From NCBI RefSeq assembly GCF_009914755.1, contig NC_060933.1: a DNA stretch of 64,000 nt. One strand, 5' to 3'. This document shows, piece by piece, positions 1 through 13,889 of this stretch. The notes beneath the pieces are model-generated. The model saw only the letters and a program-made list of their open reading frames with translations, made no database searches and was not told the DNA's origin. This stretch comes from the human T2T-CHM13v2.0 reference genome, Homo sapiens. Numbering within the stretch: the stretch's first letter is position 1; each line of letters starts with the position of its first letter. Both the position numbers and the translations under genes were made by a program.

Positions 1-1850
1 CACTCGGGTTGATTCCATTCTATTAGTTTCCATTCCATTCCATTCCCTTCCATTCCACTCTTGTTGATTCCATTCCTTTCCATTCCACTCGAATACATTC
101 CCTCCTATTCCACTCGGAACGACTCCATTCCATTCCATTCCATTCCATTCCATTCCGTTCCATTTCGTTCCATTCCATTCTATTCCGTATCATTCCATTC
201 CATTCCATTCCATTCCATTCCATTCCATTGAATTCCATTCCATTCCCTTACTTTCCGTTCCATTCCATTCCATTCCATTCCATTCCGTTCCGTTGCATTC
301 CATTCCATTCCATTCTATTCGGGTTAATTCCATTCGATTCCATTCGATTGCAATCGAGTTGATTCCATTCCATTCCATTCCATTCCATTCCATTCCTTTC
401 CATTCCATTACGGATGATTCCATTCCATTGCATTCCATTCCATTCCATTCCCCTGTACTCGGGTTGATTCCATTCCATTCCATTCCAATCCATGCCATTC
501 CACTCGTGTTGATTCCATTCTTTTCATTCCATTCAAGTTGAATCCATTCCATTGCATTCCATTCCATTCGATTCCATTCGATTGCACTCGGGTTGATTCC
601 ATTCCATTGCATTCCATTCCATTCCATTCCATTCCATTCCATTCCGTTCCGTTCCATTCCATTCCATTACATTCGGATTGATTCTATTCAATTCCCTTAC
701 ACTCCATTACATTCCATTCCATTCGGGTAGTTTCCATTCCATTCCATTCCATTCCTCTCCATTCCATTGCACTCGGGTTGATTCCATTCCATTGCATCCC
801 ATTCCATTCCATTCAATTCCATTCCGTTCCATTCCATTCCATTACATTCGCATTGATTCTATTCAACTCCCTTAGTCTCCATTACATTCCATTCCATTCG
901 GGTTGTTCCATTCCATTCCATTCCATTCCACTCCATTCCATTGCACTCGGGTTTATTCCATTCCATTCCATTCCATTCCATTCCATTCCATTCCATTCCA
1001 TTCCGGAAGATTCCATTCCATTGCATTCCATTCCATTCCATTCCCCTGCACTCGCGTTGATTCCATTCCATTCCATTCCATTCCATTCCATTCCATTCCA
1101 TTCCATTCCTTTCCGTTCCATACCATTCCATTCCATTCCATTCCGTTCCGTTCCGTTCCATTCCATTCCATTCCATTCTATTCGGGTTAATTCCATTCCA
1201 TTCCATTCGATTGCAATCGAGTTGATTCCATTCCATTCCATTCCATTCCATTCCATTCCATTCCATTCCTTTCCATTCCATTACGGATGATTCCATTCCA
1301 TTGCATTCCATTCCATTCCATTCCCCTGTACTCGGGTTGATTCCATTCCATTCCATTCCAATCCATGCCATTCCACTCGTGTTGATTCCGTTCTTTCCAT
1401 TCCATTCAAGTTGAATCCATTCTATTGCATTCCATTCCATTCCATTCCCCTGCAGTCGGGTTGATTCCATTCCATTCCATTCCATTCCATTCCATTCCAA
1501 TCAAGTTGATTCCATTCCATTCCATTCCATTCCATTCCATTCCATTCCACTCCATTCCAGTCCTTTCCATTCCATTCCACTCGGGTTGATTCCAATGTAT
1601 TCCTTTCCATTCCATTCCATTCCATTGCAATCGAGTTGATTCCATTGCTTTGCATTCCATTCCTTTCCATTCCATTCCGGATGATTCCATTCCATTGCAT
1701 TCCATTCCATTCCATTCCCCTGTACTCGGGTTGATTCCATTCCATTCCATTCCATTACAATCGAGTTGATTCCATTGCATTCCATTCCATTCCATTCCAT
1801 TGTATTCGGGTTAATTCCATTCCGTTCCATTCCATTCCATTACAATCGAG
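1..1850 (+). repeat. Sub-type A block
   Basis: Diagnostic modules: TATTAGTTTCC, GAATACATTCCCTCCTATTCCACTCGGAAC (91-120), TTCCGGAAGATTC, CATTCAAGTTGAATCC and CATTGCTTTGC. The right boundary is approximate. Confidence 0.7.
1000..1014. promoter_or_regulatory. Perfect three-unit heat-shock element motif aTTCc-gGAAg-aTTCc (one of at least 15 copies)
   Basis: Exact match to the nTTCnnGAAnnTTCn HSF1 consensus. Binding is not demonstrated. Confidence 0.5.
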
Positions 1851-4800
1851 TTGATTCCATTCCATTCCATTCCATTCCATTCCATTCCATTTCGTTCCAC
1901 TCCACTCTATTCCGTACCATTCCATTCCATTCCTTTCCATTCCAATCCATGCTATTCCACTCGGGTTGATTCCATTCCTTTCCATTCCATTCGAGTTGAA
2001 TCCATTCCATTCCATTCCATTCCATTCGATTCCATTCCATTGCACACGGGTTCATTCTATTCCATTCCATTCCATTCCATTCCATTACATTTAGTTCCAT
2101 TCCATTCTATTCCTTACCATTCCATTCCATTCCATTCCATTCCACTCCATTCCATGCTATTCCTCTCGGGTTTATTCAATTCCTTTCCATTCCATTCGGA
2201 TTGAATCCATTCCTATCCATTCAATTCCATTCCACTCGATTCCATTACATTGCACTCGTGTTGTTTCCATTCCATTCCATTCCATTCCATTTCATTCTAT
2301 TCCATTCCTTTCCATTCCATTCCATTCCATTCCATTCCATTCCATGCCATGCCACTCGGGTTGATTCCATTCCTTTCCATTCCATTCGAGTTGGAACCAT
2401 TCCATTCCATTCCATTCCATTCCATTCCATTCCATTCCAATCCATTGCACACGGGTCCATTCCATTCCATTCCATTCTATTCCGTACCATTCCATTCCAT
2501 TCCATTCCATTCCTTTCCATTCCATTCGGGTTGAATCCATTCGTTTCCATTCCATTCCGTTCAATTCCATTCCATTGAACTCGGGTTGATTCCATTCCAT
2601 TCCATGCCATTCCATTTCATTCCGTTCCATTCCATTCCATTACATTCGGATTGATTCTTTTCAATTCCTTTACACTCTATTACATTCCATTCCATTCGGG
2701 TTGTTTCCGTTCCATTCCATTCCATTCCACTCCATTGCACTGCACTCGGGTTGATTGATTCCATTCCATTGCATTCCATTCCATTCCATTCCATTCCGGA
2801 TGAATCCATTCCATTGCATTCCATTCAATTCCATTCCATTCCGGATGAATCCATTCCATTGCATTCCATTCCATTCCATTCCCCTGCACTCGGGTTGATT
2901 CCATTCCATTCCATTCCATTCCATTCCGTTCCATTCCATTCCATTCCATTCCATTCTGTTCAGGTTAATTCCATTCCATTCCATTCCATTCCATTCCATT
3001 CCATTCCATTCCATTCCATTGCAATCGAGTTGTTTCCATTGCATTCCATTCCATTCCATTGCATTCCATTGCATTCCATTCCCCTGCACTCAGGTTGATT
3101 CCATTCCATTCCATTCCATTCCATTCCATTCCATTCCATTCCATTCCATTCCGGATGATTCCATTCCATTGCCTTCCATTCCACTCCATTCCCCTGCACT
3201 CGGGTTGATTCCATTCCATTCCATTCCATTCCATTCCATTCCATTCCATTCCATTTCGTTCCATTCCACTCTATTCCGTACCATTCCATTCCATTCCTTT
3301 CCATTCCAATCCATGCTATTCCACTCGGGTTGATTCCATTCCTTTCCATTCCATTCGAGTTGAATCCATTCCATTCCTTTCCGTTCCATTCCATTCCATT
3401 CCATTCCATTTCGTTCCATTCCATTCTATTCCGTACCATTCCATTCCATTCCATTCCATTCCATTCCATTCCATTCCGTTCCATTCCATTCCATGCCATT
3501 CCACTCGGGTTTATTCCATTGCTTTCCATTCCATTTGGGTTGAATCCATTCCATTCCATTCCATTCCATTCCATTCCATTCCATTCCATTCCATTCCATT
3601 CCATTGCACTAGGTTTGATTCCATTCCACTGCATTCCATTCCATTCCATTCCATTCCGTTCCATTCCATTCCATTACATTCGGATTGATTGTATTCAATT
3701 CTCTTACACTCCATTTCATTCCATTCCATTCGGGTTGTTTCCATACCATTCCATTCCATTCTATTCCATTTCGTTCCATTCCATTCTATTCGGTACCATT
3801 CCATTCCATTCCATTCCATTCCATGCCATTCCACTTGGGTTGATTCCCTTCCTTTCCATTCCATTCGGGTTGAATCCATTCCATTCCATTCCATTCCATT
3901 CCATTCCATTCGATTCCTTTCCATTCCATTGCACACGGGTTGATTCCATTCCATACCTTTCTGTTCCATTCCGGATGACTCCATTCCATTGCATTCCATT
4001 CCATTCCATTCCCCTGCCCTCGGGTTCATTACAATCCATTCCATTTACTTCCATTCCATTCCATTCCATTCAATTCCATTCTATTCGGGTTAATTCCATT
4101 CCATTCCATTCCATTCCATTCCATTCCATTCCATTCCATTCCATTGCATTCCATTGCATTCCATTGCAATCGAGTTGATTCCATTCCATTCCATTCAATT
4201 CCGGATGATTCCATTCCATTGCCTTCAATTCCATTCCATTCCCCTGCAGTCGGGTTGATTCCATTCCATTCCATTCCATTCCATTCCATTCCATTCCATT
4301 TCATTCCATTCCATTTCTTTCCATTCCATTCTTTTCCGTTCAATTCCATTCCATTCCATTCCATTCCATTCCATTCCATTCCATTACATTCCATTCCATT
4401 CCATTCCTTTCCATTCTATTCGGGTTAATTCCATTCCATTCCATTCCATTCCATTCCTTTCCATTCCGTTCCATTCAATTCCATTACATTCGGATTGATT
4501 CTTTTTAATTCCCTTACACTCCATTACATTCTATTCCATTCGGGTAGTTTCCATACCATTCCATTCCATTCCACTCCATTCTATTGCACTCGGGTTGATT
4601 GATTCCATTCCATTGCATTCCATTCCATTCCATTCCATTCGGGATGATTCCATTCCATTGCATTCCATTGCATTCCATTCCCCTGTACTCGGGTTGATCC
4701 CATTCCATTGCATTCCAATCCATTCCATTCCATTCCATTCCATTCCGTTCCGTTCCATTCCATTCCCTTCCATTCTCTTCAGGTTAATTCCATTCCATTC

Positions 4801-7800
4801 CATTCCCTTCCATTCCATTCCATTCCATTCCATGCCATTCCACTCGGGTTGATTCCATTCCTTTCCATTCCATTCGAGTTGAACCCATTCCATTCCATTC
4901 CATTCCATTGCATTCCACTCGTGTTGATTCCATTCCTTTCCATTCCATTCGGGTTGAAACCATTCCATTCCATTCCATTACTTTCGATTCCATTCCATTT
5001 CACTCGGGTTGATCCCATTCCATTGCATTCCATTCCATTCCATTGCATTCCATTCCGTTCCATTCCATTCCATTACATTCGTATTGATTCTATTCAATTC
5101 CCTTACTCTCCATTACATTCCATTCCTTTCGGGTTGTTTCCATTCCATTCCATTCCATTCCACTCCATTCCATTTCAATCCGGTGATTCCATTCCATTCC
5201 ATTGCATTCCATTCCATTCCATTCCATTCCGTATGATTCCATTCCATTGCATTCCATTCCATTCCATTCCCTTGCACTCGGGTGGATTCCATTCTATTCC
5301 ATTCCATTCCATTCCATTCCATTCCATTCCATTCCATTATATTCGGGTTAATTTGATTCCATTCCATTCCATTCCCTTCCATTGCGTTCCATTCCATTCC
5401 ATTCCATTCCATTGAAATCGAGTTGATTCCATTCCATTCCATTCCATTCCATTCCATTCCATTCCATTCCATTCCATTCTATTCGGGTTAATTCCATTCC
5501 ATTCCATTCCATTCCCTTCCATTCCATTCTATTCCATTCCATTCCATTCCATTGCATTCTATTAGGGTTAATTCCATTCCATTCCATTCCATTCCATTCC
5601 ATCCCATTCCATTCCATTCCATTGCAATCGAGTTGATTCCATTTCATTCCATTCCATTCCATTCCATTCAATTCCATTGAACTCGGGTTAATTCCATTCC
5701 ATTCCATGCCATTCCATTTAATTCCATTCCATTCCATTCCATTCCATTCCATTCCATTCCATTCCTTTCCGTTCCATTCCATTACATTCGGATTGATTAT
5801 ATTCAATTCCCTTACACTCCATTACATTCTATTCCATTCGTGTTGTTTCCATTCTATTCCATTCCATTCCACTCCATTCCATTGCACTCTGGTTGATTCC
5901 ATTCCATTCCCTTCCATTCCGTATGACTCCATTCCATTTCATTCCATTCCATTGCATTCCCCTGCACTGGAGTTGATTACATTCCATTCTATTCCCTTCC
6001 TTTCCGTTCCATTCCATTCTATTCGGGTTAATTCCATTCCATTACATTACATTCCATTCCCTTCCATTCCATTCCATTCCATTCCATTCCATTCCATTCG
6101 ATTCTATCCGGGTTAATTCCATTCCATTCCATTCCATTCCATTCCATTCCATTGCAATCGAGTTGATTCCATTCCATTCCATTCCATTCCATTCCATTCC
6201 ATTCCATTCCGGATGATTCCATTCCATTGCCTTCCGTTCCATTCCATTACCATGCACTCGGGTTGTTTCCATTCCATTCCATTCCATTCCATTCCATTCC
6301 ATTTCGTTCCATTCGATTCTACTCCGTACCATTCCATTCCATTCCATTCCATGCCATTCCATTCCATTCCAGTCCATGCCATTCCACTCGGGTTGATTTC
6401 ATTCCTTTCCATTCCATTCGAGTTGTATCCTTTGCATTCCATTCGATTCCATTCGATTCCATTCCATTGCACACGGGTTCATTCCATTCCATTCCATTCC
6501 ATTCCATTCCATTCCATTCCATTCCATTTCGTTCCATTCCATTCTATTCCGTACCATTCCATTCCATTCCATTCCATTCCAGTCCATTCCATGCCATTCC
6601 ACTCGGGTTGATTCCATTCCTTTCCATTCCATTTGGGTTGAATCCATTCCATTCCATTCCATTCCATTCGATTCCATTACATTACACTTGGGTTCATTCC
6701 ATTCCATTCCATTCCATTCCATTTCATTCCATTCCATTCCATTCCATTCCATTCCATTCCATTCCATTCCATACCATTCCATTGCATTCCATTCCATGCC
6801 ATTCCACTCGGGTTGATTCCATTCCTTTCCATTCCTTTCAAGTTGAACCCATTCCATTCCATTCCATTCCATTCCATTCCATTGCACACGGGTTCATTCC
6901 ATTCCATTCCATTCCATTCCATTTCGTTTTTTTCCATTCTATTCCGTACCATTCCATTCCATTCCATTCCATTCCATGCCATTCCACTCGGGTTTATTCC
7001 ATTCCTTTCCATTCCATTCGGGTTCAATCCATTCCATTCCCTTCCATTCCATTCGATTCCATTCCATTGCACTCGGGTTGATTCCATTCCATTCCATGCC
7101 ATTCCATTTCATTCAATTCCATTCCATTCCATTCCATTCTATTCCGTTCCATTCCATTCAATTACATTCGTATTGATTCTTTTTAATTCCCTTACACTCC
7201 ATTACATTCCATTCCATTCGGGTACTTTCCATTCCATTCCATTCCATTCCACTGCATTCTATTGCACTCGGGTTGATTGATTCCATTCCATTGCATTCCA
7301 TTCCATTCCATTCCCCTGAACTCGGGTGGATTCCATTCCATTCCATTCCATTCCGTTCCATTCCATTCCATTCCATTCTGTTCAGGTTAATTCCTTTCCA
7401 TTCCATTCCCTTCCATTCCATTCCATTCTATTCCATTCCATTCCATTCCATTCCCCTGCACTCAGTTTGATTCCATTCCATTCCATTCCATTCCATTCCC
7501 TTCCATTCCATTCCAATCCATTCTATTCGCATTAATTCCATTCAATTCCATTCCATTACATTCCATTGCAATCGAGTTGATTCCATTCCATTCCATTCCA
7601 TTCCATTCAAGTCCTTTCCATTCCATTCCACTCGTGTTGATTCCATTTTATTAGTTTCCATTCCATTCCATTCCCTTCCATTCCACTCTGGTTGATTCCA
7701 TTCCTTTCCATTCTACTCGAATGCATTCCCTTCTATTCCACTCGGATTGATTCCATTCCATTCCGTTCCATTCCATTCCATTTCTTTCCATTCCATTCTA

Positions 7801-10800
7801 TTCCATTCCATTCCATTCCATTCCTTTCCATTCCACTCCGTTCCATTCCATTCCATTCCATTCCATTCCATTTCTTTCCATTCCATTCTATTCCATACCA
7901 TTCCATTCCATTCCGTTCCATGCCATTCCACTCGGGTTGATTCCATTGCTTTCCATTCCATTTGGGTTGAATCCATTCCATTCCATTCCATTCCATTCCA
8001 TTCCATTCCATTCCATTCCATTGCATTCCATTGCATTGCACTAGGATTGATTCCATTCCACTGCATTCCATTCCATTCCATTCCATTCCATTCCGTTCCA
8101 TTCCATTCCATTACATTCGTATTGATTGTATTCAATTCCCTTACACTCCATTACATTCCATTCCATTCGGGTTGTTTCCATTCCATTCCATTCCATTCCA
8201 CTCCATTCCATTGCAGTCGGGTTGATTCCATTCCATTCCATTCCATTCCCTTCCATTCCATTTCGTTCCATTCCATTCTATTCCATACCATTCCATTCCA
8301 TTCCATTCCATTCCTTTCCATTCCATTCCATTCCATTCCATTCCATGTCATTCCACTCGGGTTGATTCCATTCCATTCCATTCCATTCGGGTTGAAACCA
8401 TTCCATTCCATTCCATTCCATTCCATTCCATTCCGGATGATTGCATTCCATTGCCTTCCATTCAATTGCATTCCCCTGCACCCAGGTTGATTCCATTCAA
8501 TTCCATTCCATTCCATTCCGTTCCATTCCATTCCATACCATTCCATTCCATTCCATTCCATTCTATTCGGGTTAATTCCATTCCATTCCATTCCATTCCA
8601 TTCAATTTCATTGCAATCGGGTTGATTCCATTCCGTTCCATTCCATTGCATTCCATTGCATTCCATTCCATTGCATTCCATTCCATTCCACTCGGGTTGA
8701 TTCCATTCCTTTCCATTCCATTCGGGGTGAAGCCTTTCCATTCCATTCCATTCCTTTCGAATCCATTCCATTGCACTCGTGTTGATCCCATTCCATTGCA
8801 TTCCATTCCATTCCATTACATTCCATTCCATTCCATTCCGTTCCATTCAATTCCATTACATTCGGATTGATTCTATTCAATTCCCTTACACTCCATCACA
8901 TTCCATTCCATTCGGGTTCTTTCCATTCCATTCCATTCCATTCCATTCCATTCCATTCCATTCCGTATGATTCCATTCCATTGCATTCTATTCCATTCCA
9001 TTCCCCTGCAGTCGGGTGGATTCCATTCTATTCCATTCCATTCCATTCCATTCCATTCCATTCCATTCCATTGAAATCGAGTTGATTCCATTCCATTCCA
9101 TTCCATTCCATTCCATTCCATTCCATTCCATTCTATTCGGGTTAATTCCATTCCATTCCATTCCATTCCATTCCATTCCATTCCATTCCATTCCGGATGA
9201 TTCCATTCCATTGCATTCCATTCCATTCCATTCCCCTGCACTCAGATTGATTCCATTCCATCCCATTCCTTTCCATTCCATTCCATTCCATTCTATTCGC
9301 GTTAATTCCATTCCATTCCATTCCATTACATTCCATTGCAATCGAGTTGATTCCATTCCATTCCGTTCCATTCCATTCCATTCCATTCCATTTCGATCCA
9401 TTCCATTCTATTCCGTACCATTCCATTCCATTCCATTCCATTCCATTCCATTCCATGCCATTCCACTCGGGTTGATTCTATTGCTTTCCATTCCATTTGG
9501 GTTGAATCCAATCCATTCCATTGCATTCCATTCCATTCCATTCCATTCCATTGCACTAGGTTTGATTCCATTCCACTGCGTTCCATTCCATTCCATTCCG
9601 TTCCATTCCATTCCATTACATTCGGATTGATTGTATTCAATTCCTTACACTCCATTCCATTCCATTCCATTCGGGTTGTTTCCATTCCGTTCCATTCCAT
9701 TCCATTCCATTCCATTCCATTGCACTCAGGTTGATTGCATTCCATTCCATTCCATTCCATTCCATTCCATTTCGTTCCATTCCATTCTATTCCGTACCAT
9801 TCCATTCCATTCCATTCCATTCCATGCCATTCCACTCGTGTTTATTCCATTCCTTTCCATTCCATTCGGGTTGAATCCATTCCATTCCATTCCGTTCCAT
9901 TCCATTCCATTCCATTCTGTTCAGGTTAATTCCATTCCATTCCTTTCCCTTCCATTCCATTCCATTCCATTCCATTCCATTGCAATCGAGTTTTTTCCAT
10001 TGCATTCCATTCCATTACATTCCATTGCATTCCATTCCATTCCATACCCCTGCACTCAGGTTGATTCCATTCGATTCCATTCCATTCCATTCCATTCCAT
10101 TCCGTTCCATTCCATTCCATTCCATTCTATTCGCTTCAATTGCATTCCATTCCATTCCATTGCATTCCATTGCAATCGAGTTGATTCCATTCCTTTCCGT
10201 TCCATTCCATTCCATTCCATTCCATTTCGTTCCATTCCATTCTATTCCGTACCATTCCATTCCATTCCATTCCATTCCATTCCATTCCATTCCGTTCCAT
10301 TCCATTCCATTACATTCGGATTGATTCTTTTTAATTCCCTTACACTCCATTCCATTCCATTCCATTCGGGTACTTTCCATTCCATTCCATTCCATTCCAC
10401 TGCATTCTATTGCACTCGGGTTCATTGATTCCATTCCATTGTATTCCATTCCATTCCATTCCCCTGCACTCGGGTTGATCCCATTTCATTGCATTCCATT
10501 CCATTCCATTCCATTCCATTCCACTCTATTCCATTCCATTCCATTCCCTTCCATTCCATTCCATTCCATTCCTTTGCACTCGGGTTGATTCCATTCCATT
10601 CCCTGCCATTCCATTTCATTCCATTCCATTCCATTCCATTCCATTCCATTCCGTTCCATTCCATTCCATTACATTCGGATTGATTGTATTCAATTCCCTT
10701 AAACTCCATTACATTCCATTCCATTCGGGTTGTTTCCGTTCCATTCCATTCCATTCCACTCCATTCCATTGCACTCAGGTTGATTCCATTCCATTCCATT

Positions 10801-13800
10801 TCGTTCCATTCCATTCTATTCCGTACTATTCCATTCCATTCCATTCCATTCCATGCCATTCCACTCGGGTTGATTCCATTCCTTTCCATTCCATTCGGGT
10901 TGAATCCATTCCATTCCATTCCATTGCATTCCGTTCCATTCCATTCCCCTGCAATCGGTTGGATTCCATTCTATTCCATTCCATTCCATTCATTCCATTC
11001 CATTCCATTCCATTTCGTTCCATTCCATTCTATTCCGTACCTTTCCATTCCATTCCATTCCATTCCATTCCATACCATGCCATTCCACTCGGGTTGATTC
11101 CATTCCTTTCCATTCCATTCTAGTTGAATCCATTCCATTGCATTCCATTCCATTCGATTCCATTCAATTGCACACGGGTTCATTCCATTCCATTCCATTC
11201 CATTCCATTCCGTTCCATTCCATTCCATTTCGTTCCATTCCATTCTATTCCGTACCATTCCCTTCCATTCCATTCCATTCCACTCCGTTCCATGCCATTC
11301 CACTCGGGTTTATTCCATTCCTTTCCATTCCATTCGGGTTGAATCCATTCCATTCCATTCCATTCCATTCCATTCCATTCCATTCCATTCCATGCCATTC
11401 CACTCGGGTTGATTCCATTCCTTTCCATTCCATTCGAGTTGAACAAATTCCATTCCATTCCATTCCATTCCATTCCATTCCATTGCTCACGGGTTCATTC
11501 CATTCCATTCCATTCCATTCCATTTCGTTCCATTCCATTCTACTCCGTACCATTCCATTCCATTCCATTCCCTTCCATGCCATTTCACTCGGGATTATTC
11601 CTTTCCTTTCCATTCCATTCGGGTTGAATCCATTCCATTCCATTCCTTTGCATTCCATTCCATTCCATTCCCCTGTAATCGGGTGGATTCCATTCTATTC
11701 CATTCCATTCCATTCCATTCCATTCCATCCCATTCCATTCCATTTCGTTCCATTCCATTCTATTCCGTACCTTTCCATTCCATTCCATTCCATTCCATTC
11801 CATGCCATTCCACTCGGGTTGATTCCATTGCTTTCCATTCCATTTGGGTTGAATTTAATCCATTCCATTCCATTCCATTCCATTCCATTCCATTGCACTA
11901 GGTTTGATTCCATTTCACTGCATTCCATTCCATTCCATTCCATTAAATTCCATTCCACTCGGGTTGATTCCATTCCTTTCCATTCCATTCGTGTTGAATC
12001 CATTCCATTCCATTCCATTACTTTCGATTCCATTCCATTGCACTCGGGTTGAACCCATTCCATTGGATTCCATTCCATTCCATTGCATTCCATTCCGTTC
12101 CATTCCATTCCATTACATTCGTATTGATTCTATTCAATTCCCTTACACTCCATTCCATTCCATTCCATTCCATTCGGGTTGTTTCCATTCCATTCCATTC
12201 CATTCCACTCCATTCCATTGCAATCCGGTTGATTCCATTCCATTCCATTCCATTCCATTCCGCATGATTCCATTCCATTGCATTCCATTCCATTCCATTC
12301 CCCTGCACTCGGGTGGATTCCATTCTATTCCATTCCATTCCATTCCACTCTATTCCATTCCATTCCATTCCATTCCATTCCATTCCATTCCATTCTATTC
12401 GGTTTAATTTCATTGCATTCCATTCCATTCCATTCCATTCCATTCCATTCCATTGAAATCGAGTTGATTCCATTTCATTCCATTCCATTCCATTCCATTC
12501 CATTCCATTCCATTGCATTCTATTCCGGTTAATTCCATTCCATTCCATTCCATTCCATTCCCTTCCATTCCATTCCATTCCATTCTATTAGGGTTAATTC
12601 CATTCCATTCCATTCCATTACATTCCATTGCAATCGAGTTGATTCCATTCCATTCCATTCCATTCCATTCAATTCCGGATGATTGCATTCCATTGCCTTC
12701 CATTCCATTCCATTCACCTGCACTCGGGTTGATTCCATTCCATTCCTTTCCATTCCATTCCATTCCATTCCATTCCATTCCATTCCATTCCATTCCATTC
12801 TATTAGGGTTAATTCCATTCCATTCCATTCCATTACATTCCATTGCAATCGAGTTGATTCCATTCCATTCCATTCCATTCCATTCCATTCCGGATGATTG
12901 CATTCCATTGCCTTCCATTCCATTCCATTCACCTGCACTCGGGTTGATTCCATTCCATTCCTTTCCATTCCATTCCATTCCATTCCATTCCATTCCATTC
13001 CATTCCATTCCATTCCATTTCGTTTCATTCCGTTCTATTCCGTACCATTCCATTCCATTCCATTCCATTTCATTCCATTCCATTCCATGCCATTCCACTC
13101 GGGTTGATTCCATTCCTTTCCATTCCATTCGACTTGAATCCATTCCATTCCATTCCATTCCATTCGATTCCATTCCATTGCACACGGGTTCATTCCATTC
13201 CATTCCATTCCTTTCCATTCCATTCCATTGCACACGGGTTCATTCCATTCCATTCCATTCCATTACATTACATTCCATTTCGGTCCATTCCATTCTATTC
13301 CGTACCATTCCATTCCATTCCATTCCATTCCATTCCATTCCACTCCATTCCATGCCATTCCACTCGGGTTTATTCCATTCCTTTCCATTCCATTCGGGTT
13401 GAATCCATTCCATTCCATTCCATTCCATTCCATTCAATTCCATTACATAGCACTCGGGTTGATTCCATTGCATTCCATTCCATTCCTTTGCATTCCATTC
13501 CATTCCATTCCATTCCATTGCATTCCATTCCATGCCATTCCACTCGGGTTGATTCCATTCCTTTCCATTCCATTCGAGTTGAACCCATTCCATTCCATTC
13601 CATTCCATTCCATTGCAATCGAATTGATTCCATTCCATTCCATTCCATTCCATTCCATTCCATTCCATTCCATTCCATTGCACTAGGTTTGATTCCATTC
13701 CACTGCATTCCATTCCATTCCATTCCATTCCATTCCGTTCCATTCCATTCCATTACATTCGGTTTGATTGTATTCAATTCCCTTACACTCCATTTCATTC

Positions 13801-13889
13801 CATTCCATTCAGGTTGTTTCCAATCCATTCCAATCCATTCCACTCCATTCCATTGCACTCGGGTTGATTGCATTCCATTCCATTCCATT
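1850..13889 (+). repeat. Sub-type B block
   Basis: Diagnostic modules: GCACACGGGTTCATT, CTGTTCAGGTTAA, GCACTAGGTTTGA, GGGTTGATTGATTCC, CTTTTTAATTCCC and GGGTACTTTCC. Confidence 0.7.

Noticed and set aside
91-120. Less repetitive landmark GAATACATTCCCTCCTATTCCACTCGGAAC as a transposon remnant or small RNA
   Set aside because: It parses in register as diverged pentamers (GAATA CATTC CCTCC TATTC CACTC GGAAC), with no target-site duplication, poly-A or terminal repeats.
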